Below, piece after piece: positions 49,840-62,664 of a stretch of 64,000 nt of DNA. Within the stretch, counting starts at the first letter, position 1; each line of letters begins with the position of its first letter. Source of the DNA: Mobula hypostoma. Its lineage: Eukaryota. A program made the position numbers and the translations under genes. The DNA is taken from NCBI RefSeq assembly GCF_963921235.1, contig NC_086097.1:119228001-119292000 (forward strand). The letters run 5' to 3'. The notes under the pieces are model-generated. The model searched no databases and was not told where the DNA came from. It saw only the letters and a program-made list of their open reading frames with translations.

Positions 49840-51815
49840 TCAACCACCAGTGCTGGCAGTGCATTCCGCACACCACCACCCTCTGTGTAAAAAACTTACC
49901 TCTGACATCCCCAATGTACCTACTTCTAAGCACCTTTAAACTATGCCCCCTCATGTTAGCCATTTCAGCCCTGGAAAAAAGCCTCTGACTATCCACATGA
50001 TCAACACCTTTCATCATCCTATACACCTCTATCAGGTCACCTCTCAACCTCTGTTGCTCCAAGGAGAAAAGGCTGAGTTCACTCAACCTATTCTCATAAG
50101 GCATGCTCCCCATTCCAGGCAACATCCTTGTAAATCTCTTCTGTGCTGTCTCTATAGTATCCACATCCTTCCTGTAGTGAGGTGACGAGAACTGAACACA
50201 GTACTCCAAGTGGGGTCTAACTAAGGTCTTATATAACTTTAACATTACCTCATGGCTCTTGAACTCAATCCCATGGCTGATGAAGTCCACCACACCATAT
50301 GCCTTCTTAACAACCTATGCAGCAGCTTTGAGTGTCCTATGGACATAGACCCCAAGATCTCGCTGATCCTCCACACTGTCAAGAGTCTTACCATTAATAT
50401 TATATTCTGTCTTCAAATTTGACCTGGCGAAATTAACCACTTCAGACTTATCTGGGTTGAACTCCATCTGCCACTTTTCAGCCCAGTTCTCAATCCTATT
50501 GATGTCCCACTGTAACTTCTGAAAACCCTCCAGACTAAGCATAACACCCCCAACTTCTGTGTCATCAGTAAACTTATTAACCCACCATTCTACTTCCTCA
50601 TCGAGGTCATTTATAAAAATCACAAAGAGGAAGGGTCCCGGAACAGAGCCCTGCAGAATACCATTGGTCACTGTTCTCCACGCGGAATACGAACCACTTA
50701 CAACCACCCTTTGCCTTCTGTGGGCAAGCCACTTCTGGATCCACAAAGCAAGGTCTCTTTGGATCCCATGCCTCATTACTTTCTGAATGATCCTTGCATG
50801 GGGAACCTTATCAAATGCCTTACTGAAATCCGTATACACTACATCTACTGCACTACCTTCATCAATGCGTTTTGTTATCTCCTCAAAGAATTCAATTAAG
50901 CACAACCTGCCTTTGACAAAGCCATGCTGACTATTCCTAATCATATTATGCCTCTGCAAATGTTCATAAATCCTGCATCTCAGGATCTTCTCCAACAACT
51001 TGCCCACCACTGAGGTCAGACTCACTAGTCTATAATTCCCTGGGTTATCTCTACTCCCTTTCTTGAACAAGGGAACCACATTTCCAACCTTCCAATCCTC
51101 TGATACTTCTCCCGTCCCTATGGATTATACAAAGATTATTGCCGGAGGCTCAGCAATCTCCTCCCTTACTTCCCACAGAAGCCTGGGATATATCTCATTT
51201 GGTTCCAATGACTTATCTAACTTAATACCTTTGAACAGCTCCAGCACATCTTCTTTCTTAATGTCTGTACACTCAAGCATTTCAGTCCACTGTAAGTCAT
51301 CCCCACAATTGCCAAGGTTCTTTTCACTGGTGAATACTGAAGCAATGTATTCAGTAGGTACCTCCGCTACTTCCTCCGGCTCCATGCACACGTTTCCACT
51401 ATTGCACCTGATTGGTCCTATTTTCACACGGCTCATCCTCTTGCTCTTCCTATACTTGTAGAATGCCTTGGGATTTTCCTTAATCCTGCTCATCAAAGCC
51501 TTCTCATGGCCCCTTCCAGCTCTCCTAATTTCATTCTTGAGCTCCTTCCTGGCACCCTTGTAATTTTCTAGAGATCTAACAGTATCCAGTTTCTTGAACC
51601 TTTCATAACCGTTTTTTTTCCTTCTTAACTAGATTTTCTACATCCTTTGTACACCATGGTTCTTTTACTCTACCATCCTTTCCCTGCCTCAATGGAACAT
51701 ACCTATGCAGAACGTCATGCAAATATTCCCTGAACAGTTGTCACATTTCTGCTGTGCATTTCCCTGAGAAAATCTGCTCCCAATTTGTTCCCAAGTTCCT
51801 CCTTCGCCCTACCAC
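49840..51815 (-). mobile_element. CR1 ORF2 fragment, same family as 6481-10276
   Basis: NYRLVSLTSVVGK, DFSKAFDKVPH, KFTDDT, LVRPHLEYC. Confidence 0.92.
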
Positions 51816-54800
51816 AATTAAATGGTTTGCTTACAGAAAGACTAATATTACTGAAGGCAATTGAGATTAGTACATCTATGGAGATTCCAGCTTACCAAGT
51901 TCATAGAGTTGCTACTGACTTTAAGAATAAGACACCGATTGACAATCAATGTTACCATTGTGGCAAAACAAGACATTTAGCAAAAGACTGCTGATGTTGC
52001 CGAAGCTGTGGCAAAAAAGAGACATATTGAACATGCCTGTAAATGTAAAAATACACTGTCAACCAAAAGCACTGTAATAAAGAAAAAATGACTTTTGGAA
52101 AAACAGAAAAGAAACATGTGAACAAGAAGAAGCATACTGAGGATGGACTGAGTGACTTTCTGTCTGTGGTCGATGAAGCTTTGCATGTTTTATCTATTTC
52201 AGGACTCAAAGATGGCTATTGGGTGACCCTGCAGTTGGATGGGGCCACAGTGAGGATGCAGATGGATATGAGTGTTGCAGTATTGCTGGTTTAAGAGACA
52301 GTTTACAAGGAGAAATAGCAGTGTCTCACCGGAAAATAGGAGCACATATTACAGTGGAGATTAATGAATAGTGAAAGAAACTTCCGTTGTTAAAAGTCAT
52401 TATGCAGTGCTTCTGAGCTGCTCGTGGTTGGAGCAGTTCAAAGCAACTGGCAGAAAGTGCTCTTGATTAGTGGGACCGCTGGTCTTCAAGAAGTATTGAA
52501 GAAATATGCAGAAATATTCTTTGGAGAACTGGGCAGTATGAAAGGAACCACTGTTTCGCTGACTGCTAAGCCCGACTAAACACTGAGATGCTGGAAGGCA
52601 AGAGCTGCTCCATCTGCCCTCAAACCAGAGGTAGAGGCTCAATTGGAAAGACTTGTCCAGACTCAGGTATTGGAACCAGTGCGTGTAAGTAAATGGCTTC
52701 AAAGTAACAATATCTTCCTCCCTTCATTGATGTCCTTTTAGCAGGTAGGCTGGAGGACAGACATTTAGCAAGATTAACTTGTTTCAAGCATTCTTACAGA
52801 GGCATGTGGAGCCAGAGTCACAGGAAATGATGACCACAGTGACTCACAGAGCAATGTTCAGGTACCAAAGGCTTCCATTTGGCATCACCTCGGCTCCCAC
52901 ACCGTTTCAGTGAGTATCGGACCAGATCCTGAGCGGGTTGGCAGGAGAGAAATGCTATTTGGGCAGCTTACTCATTCCTGGGAAAAATGAGCGTGCGCAC
53001 CTACAAAACTTGGATGCTTCACTACAAATGTTCAAGGAAAGTGGGCTTAAGGTCTGGAAGGACAAGTGTGAGCTCTTTCAAACTTCAAATGAATATCTGG
53101 GCCCTGTGATCAACAACTCAGGGCTTCACAAGGCACCATCAAAGGTGAAGGTAATTGTTGCTCAATCATCACAGAATGTAAGTCAATTAAAATCTTCCTT
53201 ACGACTCTTGACATACAATGCAAAGTTTGTTCTTAACTTAGCTAGCATGCTGAAACCAATTCATGAGCTTTTAAATAATTCAATACACTGACAGTGAACA
53301 GATTGCTGCGAAGAGGCTTTTAAAAAGGCTGAAACAGCTTTGTCATAATCTGAAGCACTCACACACTTCAACCCGTCATTGCCCAAACAGTCAGCCTGCG
53401 ATGCATCACCCTATGGTGTGGGGGCAATTACCTCACACATCATGCCTCCGAGTGAAGAGCGCCCAGTTGCTTTTGCATCAAGAACATTAAACAAAGTGAA
53501 AGCCTCTCTGCCTAGATTGTGTGGGAAACACACGCAATTGTCTTTAGAGTTAAGAAATTCCATCAATTCCTCTTTGGTTGACGATTTACACTACTGACAG
53601 ATCATTGCTCCTTGACATCAATTTTTGGTCAACATGTGTGCATTCTTTCCCTGTCTGCTAGTCACATGCAATGTTGGGCTCTGTTACTATCTGCACAGTG
53701 GTACGATAAAAAGTACAGGAGGTCTGAACACTATTCAGATGCTGATGGACTATCCAGATTTCCCTCAGCTGTTACAGTTCCAAAGCCATCCCCGAAAGAG
53801 AGCTTTTACTTTGAGGAAGTATCTACAGCTCCGATCACTGCAGCACTAGTCCAGAAACACACATATACTGACCCTGTTCTATCTAAAGAGCTGCACATAG
53901 TAACCCACGAATGGAAAGGACAGCCAACCGTAGAACTGAAACCTTAATAGGCTCAATGGAAGGAGCTCACAGTCCAAGTAGGATGTTTACTTTGGAGTTA
54001 CCATGTTGCCATTCTTTCAGCGTTAAGAAAGCAAGTGCTTGACGAGTTACATGCAGGACACTGTAGCATAGGACACATGAGCTACTTGCGGTGACAAGGG
54101 CTGGATGTAGCCATTGAAGAGAAGGCCAAAATATACCCACTTTGTCAGCGAGTAAAAAATATTCCTCAACTTGCTCCTTTGCATCTATTGGAATTGCCTG
54201 AAGAACCATGGCAGAGGATTGACATAGATTTTCAAGGACCTGTTCTTGGTCGTAGTGGACACAAACAGCAAATAGCCTGAGTTGCCATCATAAAAAGCAC
54301 TACATCTGAAAAACACACTGTGGATCATTCCATCTTTAGCCAGTTTGGGCTTCCCCATCAGCTTGTAAGTGGCCCAAAACTATGGTCTGAAGCATTCAAG
54401 GTATTTATGGAAACCAACAGTATTTAGCACCTCAAGTCAGCGCCATATCATCCAGCCACTAAAGGTCTTGCTGAATGATTCATACAAATAATGAAATAAG
54501 CCCTCAGGACTTCAGTGGGAAATGGATGCCTCAACCACCGTCTTAGTATTTTCTTGTTGACATACCACAACAGCTCACACCACCACCAAAATGCCTCCAG
54601 CCACTGAAGTGATTAAAAGACAGCTTTTCGCCTGGCGTGGCCTGCTTAGACCCCAAACCCAAAACAGATCGCACTAAATGTACAGAAAACCCAAGGCAGA
54701 GAGACGTGCCAAAGCAAAGTACAGAAGTTTCACAGCAGGAGAGAGAGAGGACTTGTCCAGAACAACAGCTCTGGAACAAAGAGGTACCTGCAATGATGGT

Positions 54801-55551
54801 AGCACAAACTGGTCCTGTGTCGTGGAAACTAGTAACCTCAATATCTGAAGAAGGCACGTTGATTAGTTATTACCCAATTCTAAACCTCCTGAAAACCAAC
54901 ACAAGCTGGTCAATCCAGATCCATTTGTAGAAACGGGACAGGATTCTGAGACAATGATGGCAGAACCTCCTTCAGGAGCAAATGACACAGCCAGTGTTCC
55001 CCATTATCTGTTCTTTCTGAGTTGTCCCCTAATGATAATGCAATACCCAAGTCAAGATCTACACATGCATCACCAAAAGATAAAATGATTTTGGCATCAT
55101 CCCCTGGTCGTAGGTACCCTCACAGGAACAGGCAGCCTCCATACAGATTGAATCGCTAGGTTAGTGATTAAACCTCAGCACATGGGGCAGAATAATCCCT
55201 AGGGTTATATCTGGGAATAGAAGCAGTTTACCCTCTTTCCCTAATTTAGAAAAAAATATTTTTTGTTGTTGGTTGAATTTAATGATTACTCCTTTGAATG
55301 TTAATAGTTGAGCAGCTGGTTCGTGTAGCGGAAATGGGAAAACCTTTAAAATAAGTAGGGAGTATGATGTATCCATATATATTTTGACCCTTATGGGTTG
55401 CCGTCAAGCTTTCCTGGGTGTTACATACAGGACATAATATGAGAGGGCATTCTGGGTAGATGATCTACAAGTAAAATAAACACCTCACCTCACCTCACCT
55501 CTCCATTTCTCTTGTGTGGTATTCACCACCGTCGGGTTTCCCAGTACCACA
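51815..55551 (+). mobile_element. Decayed Ty3/Gypsy element with 3' LTR at 55365-55551
   Basis: Zinc knuckle CYHCGKTRHLAKDC, protease remnant, RT, RNase H CDASPYGVGA, integrase. Polypurine tract aagtagggag. LTR TG...CA with AATAAA. Confidence 0.88.
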
Positions 55552-55575
55552 AACGTAAGAAAGACCAGAAATGTA

Positions 55576-55632
55576 CACTCAGTGGCTTTTTTAGTAGGTA
55601 TAGAGTATACCGCATAAAGTGGCTACTGATTG
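55576..55632. mobile_element. TIR-only mini-MITE (57 bp) flanked by TA
   Basis: TA-cactcagtggctttt..ataaagtggctactgattg-TA. Confidence 0.65.
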
Positions 55633-56199
55633 TACATATGTTATTCTGCATTAAAGCTGAATAAATCATAGCAGTCTCCTTACCATTCATTCTAACTATT
55701 TTCAGACAAACTAAAATAACTATATGACCTTAAGCACCAGTGTCACTAGATGCAAGAGCAGAATTCATCCATGGGGATGCTTCACAGCCTGTGCTACCAT
55801 CTAAATCATGGGCTGCAGGGAATATTTTTAATCAAAACTATTTTCTCTATTACAGTCAAGGTTACTGTATAATCATTAGTTCTCTTATTTTCCATGTAGC
55901 AATTATTTTTGCTCAACTTCTATTGATCCAAAACAGTATGGTGGTAATGTTACTTAACAATTACATTATTGACAAATGGACTAAAAAGAGTTTAAATTAC
56001 TACAGCATGTAAAAACAAGATATTGAGTTCCAAACATTCCAAAATATATGTTAGTTAAGAGTGCGTGACTACTCAATAAATTTATAAATAATTAATTTCC
56101 TCTTTTTCCAAGCTTAAACTTCTTCTCTTGGTTCTACTGCACATAGGTTAATCAGAACTAATCACGATAGCTGTCAGTGTCCTCCATTCAAACTGTTCA

Positions 56200-57235
56200 T
56201 ATATTCATGGATTAATACAGCACTGGAACTGGTCCTTTGGCTCAATTGTTCTAAGCTTTCCACAGCATCCTCCCTGCTAGTCCCAGTTACCTGCTTTCGG
56301 CCCATACTTCTCAATGTATCCAAACAAATACTTCTTTAATGTTGTGATTATATCCACCATGAGCACTTCCTCTGGCAATTCTTTGCAGGTACACACTACC
56401 CTCTGTATAAAGAAGTTAGCTCCTGGGTCTTTTTAAATCTCTCTCCTTTTATCTAGTATCCATGTATTCTAATTTTAGACACACAACCCTGGGGAAATAG
56501 CTATGAATTTAAGATTTTAAAAACTACTCCAAGGTCACTCCTCATTCTCCAGTTCTTCATGGAATAAAAATCTAGTGTGGCTAACCTCTTACTATAACTC
56601 AAACCATCTAGTCCAGGTACCATCCTTGTAGATCTCTTCTGCATCCTCTCCTGCTTGACAATGTCTTTCCCTATAACACAGTGATCAAAACTATCCACAA
56701 CAGTTCAAGTGTAGCTTTAACAATATCTGATATAACTGCAACATAATATCTCTACTCCTAAACACACTGTCCTGACTGATTAAAGCCAGTATGCTAAAAG
56801 CTTTCTTCGCCATCCTGCCTACTTGAATGGCCGCTTTCAGTGAACTCTGAACTTGTACTCCCAAGCCCCTCTGGTCCACAACACTCAGCAGTGTCCTGCC
56901 ATTCGCTGTACAAGTCCTACCCTGGTTTGATGATCCAAAGTGAACCACCTCACTCTTATATAAGTTGAAATCCATTTACTATTCCTCAGCCCATCTCCCT
57001 AAATGATCAAGATCTATTTGCGATTTATTGAGACCTGCTTCACTATCACCAAGGCCTCCTAATTTAGAGTAATCAGCAAACTTGCTATTGTGCCTCATAC
57101 ATTCAAATCCAAATCATTTACATAAGTAATGAATAACAGAAGCCCCAACACTGACCACTTGTCACAAGCCTCCAGTTAGAGAATCGAATTTCAATCATCA
57201 CCTTCTGCTTCCTATTATCAAGCTAAATCTGTGTC
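56200..57235 (-). mobile_element. Old CR1 3' region
   Basis: MDFNLYKSEVVHFG, RMVPGLDGLSY. Confidence 0.75.
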
Positions 57236-57369
57236 TTCCTCACTAGCTGTCCTGATGTCTGTGCAACCTATTCAGATTAATTTCCTTTCAGTCAATTCTC
57301 TTTTTCTCTTCCTCTCCATTTTAGCTGCAGAGCTGTCAGCCATCTTGGCTCTACACGCTAAAGCACAGA

Positions 57370-57680
57370 GGGGGCAACACAGTAAAATAGCAGTTAGCAT
57401 AAAGCTATTACAGCCACTGGAATACGGAGGAAGGAGTTTGTACGTTCTCCCTATGACTGCATAGGCTTCCTCTGGGTGCTCTAGTTTCCTCCTACATTAT
57501 GAAGATGTACAGTTAGGCTTTTTGAATTGTGGGCATGCTACATTGACGCCAGAAGTGTGACAACACTTATGGGCTGCTCAGCTCAATCTTTGCTGATTTG
57601 AGTTGATGCAAACAAAGCATTTTACTGTTATGTTTTGATGCACATGTGACAAATAAAGCTAATCTATCTAATCTAATCTG
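57370..57680 (+). mobile_element. tRNA-derived SINE with (AATCT)n tail
   Basis: ggagtttgtacgttctccc core. Ends catgtgacaaataaagctaatctatctaatctaatct. Confidence 0.7.
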
Positions 57681-58927
57681 GTTTTCTGATTCCTTCTGTT
57701 TTACAGCCTTTCCCGTTACCATCAAAAGATGTTCAAATCTCCAATCTGGATTAAGTGTAGCCAGTTGGAACAGAGAATTGTGCCCGTATTTCCAGCAGGA
57801 GGGACAATAGAGTAGGACTTTCCTCCCTAGGTGGCCTTAAAAACTTGCTCCCAGGTGTGCTAGGACCAGTATTTCATCCATAAGGGAAAATAAGTGGTAG
57901 CATTGCTGATCCTATTGATTGATTTACTTTGGTGACCATGTGTACCTCTGTGATTTGTATTACTTATGCAACTCCGTTTTTATATTGCAGGATGGTGTAG
58001 GTCTTTGTGCCACACACTGCTTCAATCTTTTATTTAATGCTTTTTGCTTAGCTTGAGTTTGTGGTATTTGTATGGCTGGTCTTAAATTTCCTCATAACCT
58101 TGAGGCACTGATGTGTTTTATTATACTGGTGTAGTAACTTTACCTAACACACTTTATTGCACTTTAATCAATCTGATGATAACTCAGGAGCTGTATTTTA
58201 TGTACAAGGATACATGGACAAGGATAGATCTGGTCCTAGGGTTGAGGTTCTGAACTGGAAGAAGGCCAAATTTGAAGAAATGAGAAAGTATCTAAAAAGC
58301 GTGGATTGGGACAAGTTGTTCTCTGGCAAGGATGTGATCGGTAAGTGGGAAGCCTTCAAAGGAGAAATTTTGAGAGTGCAGAATTTGTATGTTCCTGTCA
58401 GGATTAAAGGCAAAGTGAATAAGAATAAGGAACCTTGGTTCTCAAGGGATATTGCAACTCTGATAAAGAAGAAGAGGGAGTTGCATGACATGTATAGGAA
58501 GCAGGGAGTAAATAAGGTGCTTAAGGAGTATAAGAAGTGCAAGAAAATACTTAAAAAAGAAATCAGGAGAGCTTTTTTTTTCTTTTTAAATCTTTTTATT
58601 GAATAAGTATACAAAAAGGTAAGCCATATAGACACTAATACACTGTTAGAATATAATAAAATTACAGAAGATATTAATACCAAAAAATACTACAAACAAT
58701 GTAATTTAAACATAACATACCAAGGTAACATAATAGTATACTAATTTATATATATATATATCAATAGAGAAAAGGAAATCCCCCCCCCAAAAAAACCCAC
58801 TGTGCAACTAACTAAAAGCAAAGCAAAGCAATGGGCTAACTTGAAACCAAACAGAGTTAAACTTAAAATCACGTCCTCAATCCCGACCTCCATTAAAAAC
58901 AGTAAAAAAAAACAAGAAGGGTATATA

Positions 58928-59554
58928 TTACATTAAATGAAAATATTGAATAAAAGATCTCCAAGTCTGTTCAAATTTAAATGAGGAGTCATAAAGATTG
59001 CTTCTAATTTTCTCCAAATTCAAGCATAATATCGTCTGAGAAAACCAAAAAAAGGTAGTTGGAGCATTAAGCTCTTTCCAATGTTGTAAGATACATCTTT
59101 TCGCCATTAAAGTAAGAAATGTAATCATTCTACGGACTGAAGGGGAAAGATTACCGGAAATTTTAGGTAGTCCAAAGATAGCAGTAATAGGGTGAGGAGA
59201 GATATCTATATTCAATACCTTGGAGATAATATTAAAAACGTCTCTCCAAAAAGTTTCCAAAGTAGGGCAAGACCAAAATATATGAGTTAAAGAGGCTATC
59301 TGCCCCGGACATCTATCACAAAAAGGATTAATATGAGAATAAAAGCGCGCTAACTTATCTTTGGACATATGTGCTCTATGAACAACTTTAAATTGAATTA
59401 GGGAATGTTTAGCACAGATAGAGGAAGTACTGACTAATTGTAAAATCTGCCCCCAGTCATCCACAGAAATGGTAAACCCCAATTCCTGTTCCCAATCTAC
59501 CCTAATCTTATCAAATGGAGCTTTCCTAAGTTTCATAATAATATTATAAATCAT
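58928..59554 (-). CDS. L1 ORF2 C-terminal Cys-rich (zf-RVT-like) segment, 208 aa
   Basis: IQFKVVHR, CDRC..ASLTHIFWSCP..FW, AKRCILQHWK. No endonuclease or RT motifs upstream. Confidence 0.7.
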   Translation of the reverse strand: MIYNIIMKLRKAPFDKIRVDWEQELGFTISVDDWGQILQLVSTSSICAKHSLIQFKVVHRAHMSKDKLARFYSHINPFCDRCPGQIASLTHIFWSCPTLETFWRDVFNIISKVLNIDISPHPITAIFGLPKISGNLSPSVRRMITFLTLMAKRCILQHWKELNAPTTFFWFSQTILCLNLEKIRSNLYDSSFKFEQTWRSFIQYFHLM

Positions 59555-60344
59555 AGCCGATGCACCTTTCTGACATCCTTAAACGTGCAGGGTAAAGCAG
59601 CGCTGGTTTTAAATCCATCTTATAGAGTTCCGACATCACAGATCTGTAACGAACCCGTTGATCCCGGATTGGTTTACTGAAATCCTCCACGAATCGGAAC
59701 TTAAGATCCAAAAAATCAATGAAACCTTTAGATCGAACGAATCGAAACAGTTTCTCCTTGTCTTGAAAGTAATGAAAATGTAAAATGACATGTCTAGGTT
59801 TATCTGACCTAGGCGAGTATGATGGAACTCTGTCAACACGATCCAATAACGGTGGTTGGTCAGGAAATACAGTAGAAAATGCATCTTTTAAAAGTTCAGA
59901 AAAATACTTCATAGGGTTATCGGATTCAACAGCTTCACGCACCCCAATCATTCGAAGATTCTGCCGTCGCATTCTAGATTCTAAGTCAGAGTTTTTAAAG
60001 GTCAGAAAGTCGAGTTTCTTCTTCATTACATTAATTGTTTCTTCGATTTTCTCCATCTTGAGCTCACTTTGTTGCGTGGATTTTTGAAGATCAGATATAG
60101 CCGACCGATGTTCCGTAATAGATATCTGTATCTTCTCGATTGAATCGGCAACTTTCTGGAAACTAGTTGAAATTTCCGCACGAATCAGCTCCGTAACAGA
60201 GGTTGAAATTTCCCTTTGAATTAGCTCCGATATAGCTTTCAAAGTCACAGGTGGTTCAGTCGGAGGGAAATCAGTACCTTTCGGTCTAACCGGAGGTTTG
60301 CCATCCTTCCCGTTTTTTCCATTCTTAGCAGACCTTAAACGCAT
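59544..60344 (-). CDS. L1-type ORF1p (coiled coil, RRM, partial CTD), 266 aa
   Basis: Heptad-rich region followed by DLESRMRRQNLRMIGVRE, LDRVDR, PRHVILHF, FVEDFS and LLYPARLR, typical of L1 ORF1p. Confidence 0.8.
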   Translation of the reverse strand: MRLRSAKNGKNGKDGKPPVRPKGTDFPPTEPPVTLKAISELIQREISTSVTELIRAEISTSFQKVADSIEKIQISITEHRSAISDLQKSTQQSELKMEKIEETINVMKKKLDFLTFKNSDLESRMRRQNLRMIGVREAVESDNPMKYFSELLKDAFSTVFPDQPPLLDRVDRVPSYSPRSDKPRHVILHFHYFQDKEKLFRFVRSKGFIDFLDLKFRFVEDFSKPIRDQRVRYRSVMSELYKMDLKPALLYPARLRMSERCIGYDL

Positions 60345-62664
60345 CCAATTATCGGACAGCCCAATTTATTTCAAAGTATTGTAAAAGTTGATGCCTTAAT
60401 GGTTAATTAAAATATAGCTGATCATAAGAAGAAAAACTCAGAGGTAATGGAGCGAGTCAAGAACGCGACTTCACTCCATGAGCGCTACCGGAAGTCCCCC
60501 AGGAGAGCTAAAAGAAGACATGAGGTTGCCTTGGCAGTCAAAGTGAAGGATAATCCAAAGAGCTTTTACAGGTATATTAAGAGGAAAAAGATTGTAAGGG
60601 ATAAAATTGGTCCTCTTGAAGATCAGAGTGGTCGGCTATGTGCGGAACCAAAGGAAATGGGGGAGATCTTAAATAGGTTTTTTGCGTCTGTATTGACTAA
60701 GGAAACTGGCATGAAGTCTATGGAATTAAAGGAAACAAGTAGTGAGATCATGGAAACTGTACAGATCGAAAAGGAGGAGGTCCTTGCTATCTTGAGGAAA
60801 ATTAAAGTGGATAAATCCCCGGGACCTGACAGAGTGTTCCCTCGGACCTTGAAGGAGACTAGTGTTGAAATTGCGGGGGCCCTGGCAGAAATATTTAAAA
60901 TGTCGCTGTCTATAGGTGAGGTGCCGGAGGATTGGAGAGTGGCTCATGTTGTTCTGTTGTTTAAAAAAGGATCGAAAAGTAATCCGGGAAATTACAGGCC
61001 GGTAAGTTTAATGTGGGTAGTAGGTAAGTTATTGGAGGGAGTACTAAGAGACAGAATCTACAAGCATTTGGATAGACAGGGGCTAATTAGGGAGAGTCAA
61101 CGTGGCCTTGTGCGTGATAGGTCATGTTTGACCAATCTATTGGAGTTTTTCGAGGAGGTTACCAGGAAAGTGGATGAAGGGAAAGCAGTGGATATTCTCT
61201 ACATGGACTTCAATAAGGCCTTTGACAAGGTCCCACATGGAAGGTTAGTTAGGAAAATTCAGTCGCTAGGTATACATGGAGAGGTGGTAAATTGGATTAG
61301 ACATTGGCTCAGTGGAAGAAGCCAAAGAGTGGTCGTGGAGAATTGCTTCTCCGAGTGGAAGCCTGTGACTAGTGGTGAGCTACAGGGATCAGTGTTGGGT
61401 CCATTGTTACTTGTCATCTATATCAATGATCTGGATGATAATGTGGTAAATTGGATCAGCAAATTTGCTGATGATACGAAGATTGGAGGTGTAGTAGACA
61501 GTGAGGAAGGTTTTCAGAGCCTGCAGAGGGACTTGGACCAGCTGTAAAAATGGGCTGAAAAATGGCAGATGGAGTTTAACACAGACAAGTGTGAGGTATT
61601 GCACGTTGGAAGGACAAACCAAGGTAGAATATACAGGGTTAATGGTAAGGCACTGAGGAGTGCAGTAGAACAGAGGGATCTGGGAATACAGATACAAAAT
61701 TCCCTAAAAGTGGCGTCACAGGTAGATAGGGTCATAAAGAGAGCTTTTGGTACATTGGCCTTTATTAATCAAAGTATTGAGTATAAGAGCTGGAATGTTA
61801 AGATGAGGTTGTATAAGGCATTGGTGAGGCCGAATCTGGAGTATTGTGTTCAGTTTTGGTCACCAAATTACAGGAAGGATATAAATAAGGTTGAAAGAGT
61901 GCAGAGAAGGTTTACAAGGATGTTGCCGGGACTTGAAAAACTCAGTTACAGAGAAAGGTTGAATAGGTTAGGACTTTATTCCCTGGAGCGTAGAAGAATG
62001 AGGGGAGATTTGATAGAGGTATATAAACTTATGATGGGTATAGATAGAATGAATGCAAACAGGCTTTTTCCACTGAGGCAAGGGGAGAAAAAAAACAGAG
62101 GACATGGGTTAAGGGTGAGGGGGGAAAGGTTTAAAGGGAACATTAGCGGGTGCTTCTTCACAGAGAGAGTGGTGGGAGTATGGAATGAGCTGCCAGACGA
62201 GGTGGTAAATGCGGGTTCTTTTTTAACATTTAAGAATAAATTGGACAGATACATGGATGGGTGGTGTATGGAGAGATATGGTCCGTGTGCAGGTCAGTGG
62301 GACTAGGCAGAAAATGGTTCGGCACAACCAAGAGGGGCCAAAAGGCCTGTTTCTGTGCTGTAGTTTCTATGGTTTCTATGTGAAATCTGACTTGCCTCTA
62401 CGTACAATGTTTTTTAACAGAACGGCTATTTATTAATTAATTTTGCTATAATTTTCAAATGACCTCGTCAGACTCCTTGCCTTAAAGATGTAAAGAACCC
62501 GCCTCTAATCCGGTCTCAGTGGTTACATGAGTTTTGGGTCACTCTCCAAGATTTCCTAGTTTTAACAATCTCATCAACATCCCCAAAGCAAGATATTAGA
62601 ACATTTGTATTCTTAAGATTGGCTTAATTTGTTTCACCATACTCTCATTAAGCATCCTGGTGTA

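Larger units (their letters stand above)
58574..60499 (-). mobile_element. 1.9-kb non-autonomous L1-clade element (ORF1 plus ORF2 C-terminus) with poly(A) and 10-bp TSD
   Basis: 5' ggggacttccgg. AATAAA followed by an A-tail at 58600-58574. CAGGAGAGCT at 58564-58573 and 60500-60509. Confidence 0.9.
58212..62380 (+). mobile_element. Young 5'-truncated CR1 LINE interrupted by an L1 derivative
   Basis: RT frame 60501-62306 is broken only by one TAA at 61545-61547. KFADDTKIGG. Tail gtttctatggtttctatg. Confidence 0.95.

Noticed and set aside
58157..58606. 149-aa Lys-rich ORF
   Set aside because: It is the CR1 ORF2 linker running into the L1 poly(A) tail.
60447..61547. 366-aa ORF as a novel gene
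   Set aside because: It is chimeric: the ATG comes from the antisense L1 5' UTR and reads into CR1 ORF2 across the TSD.
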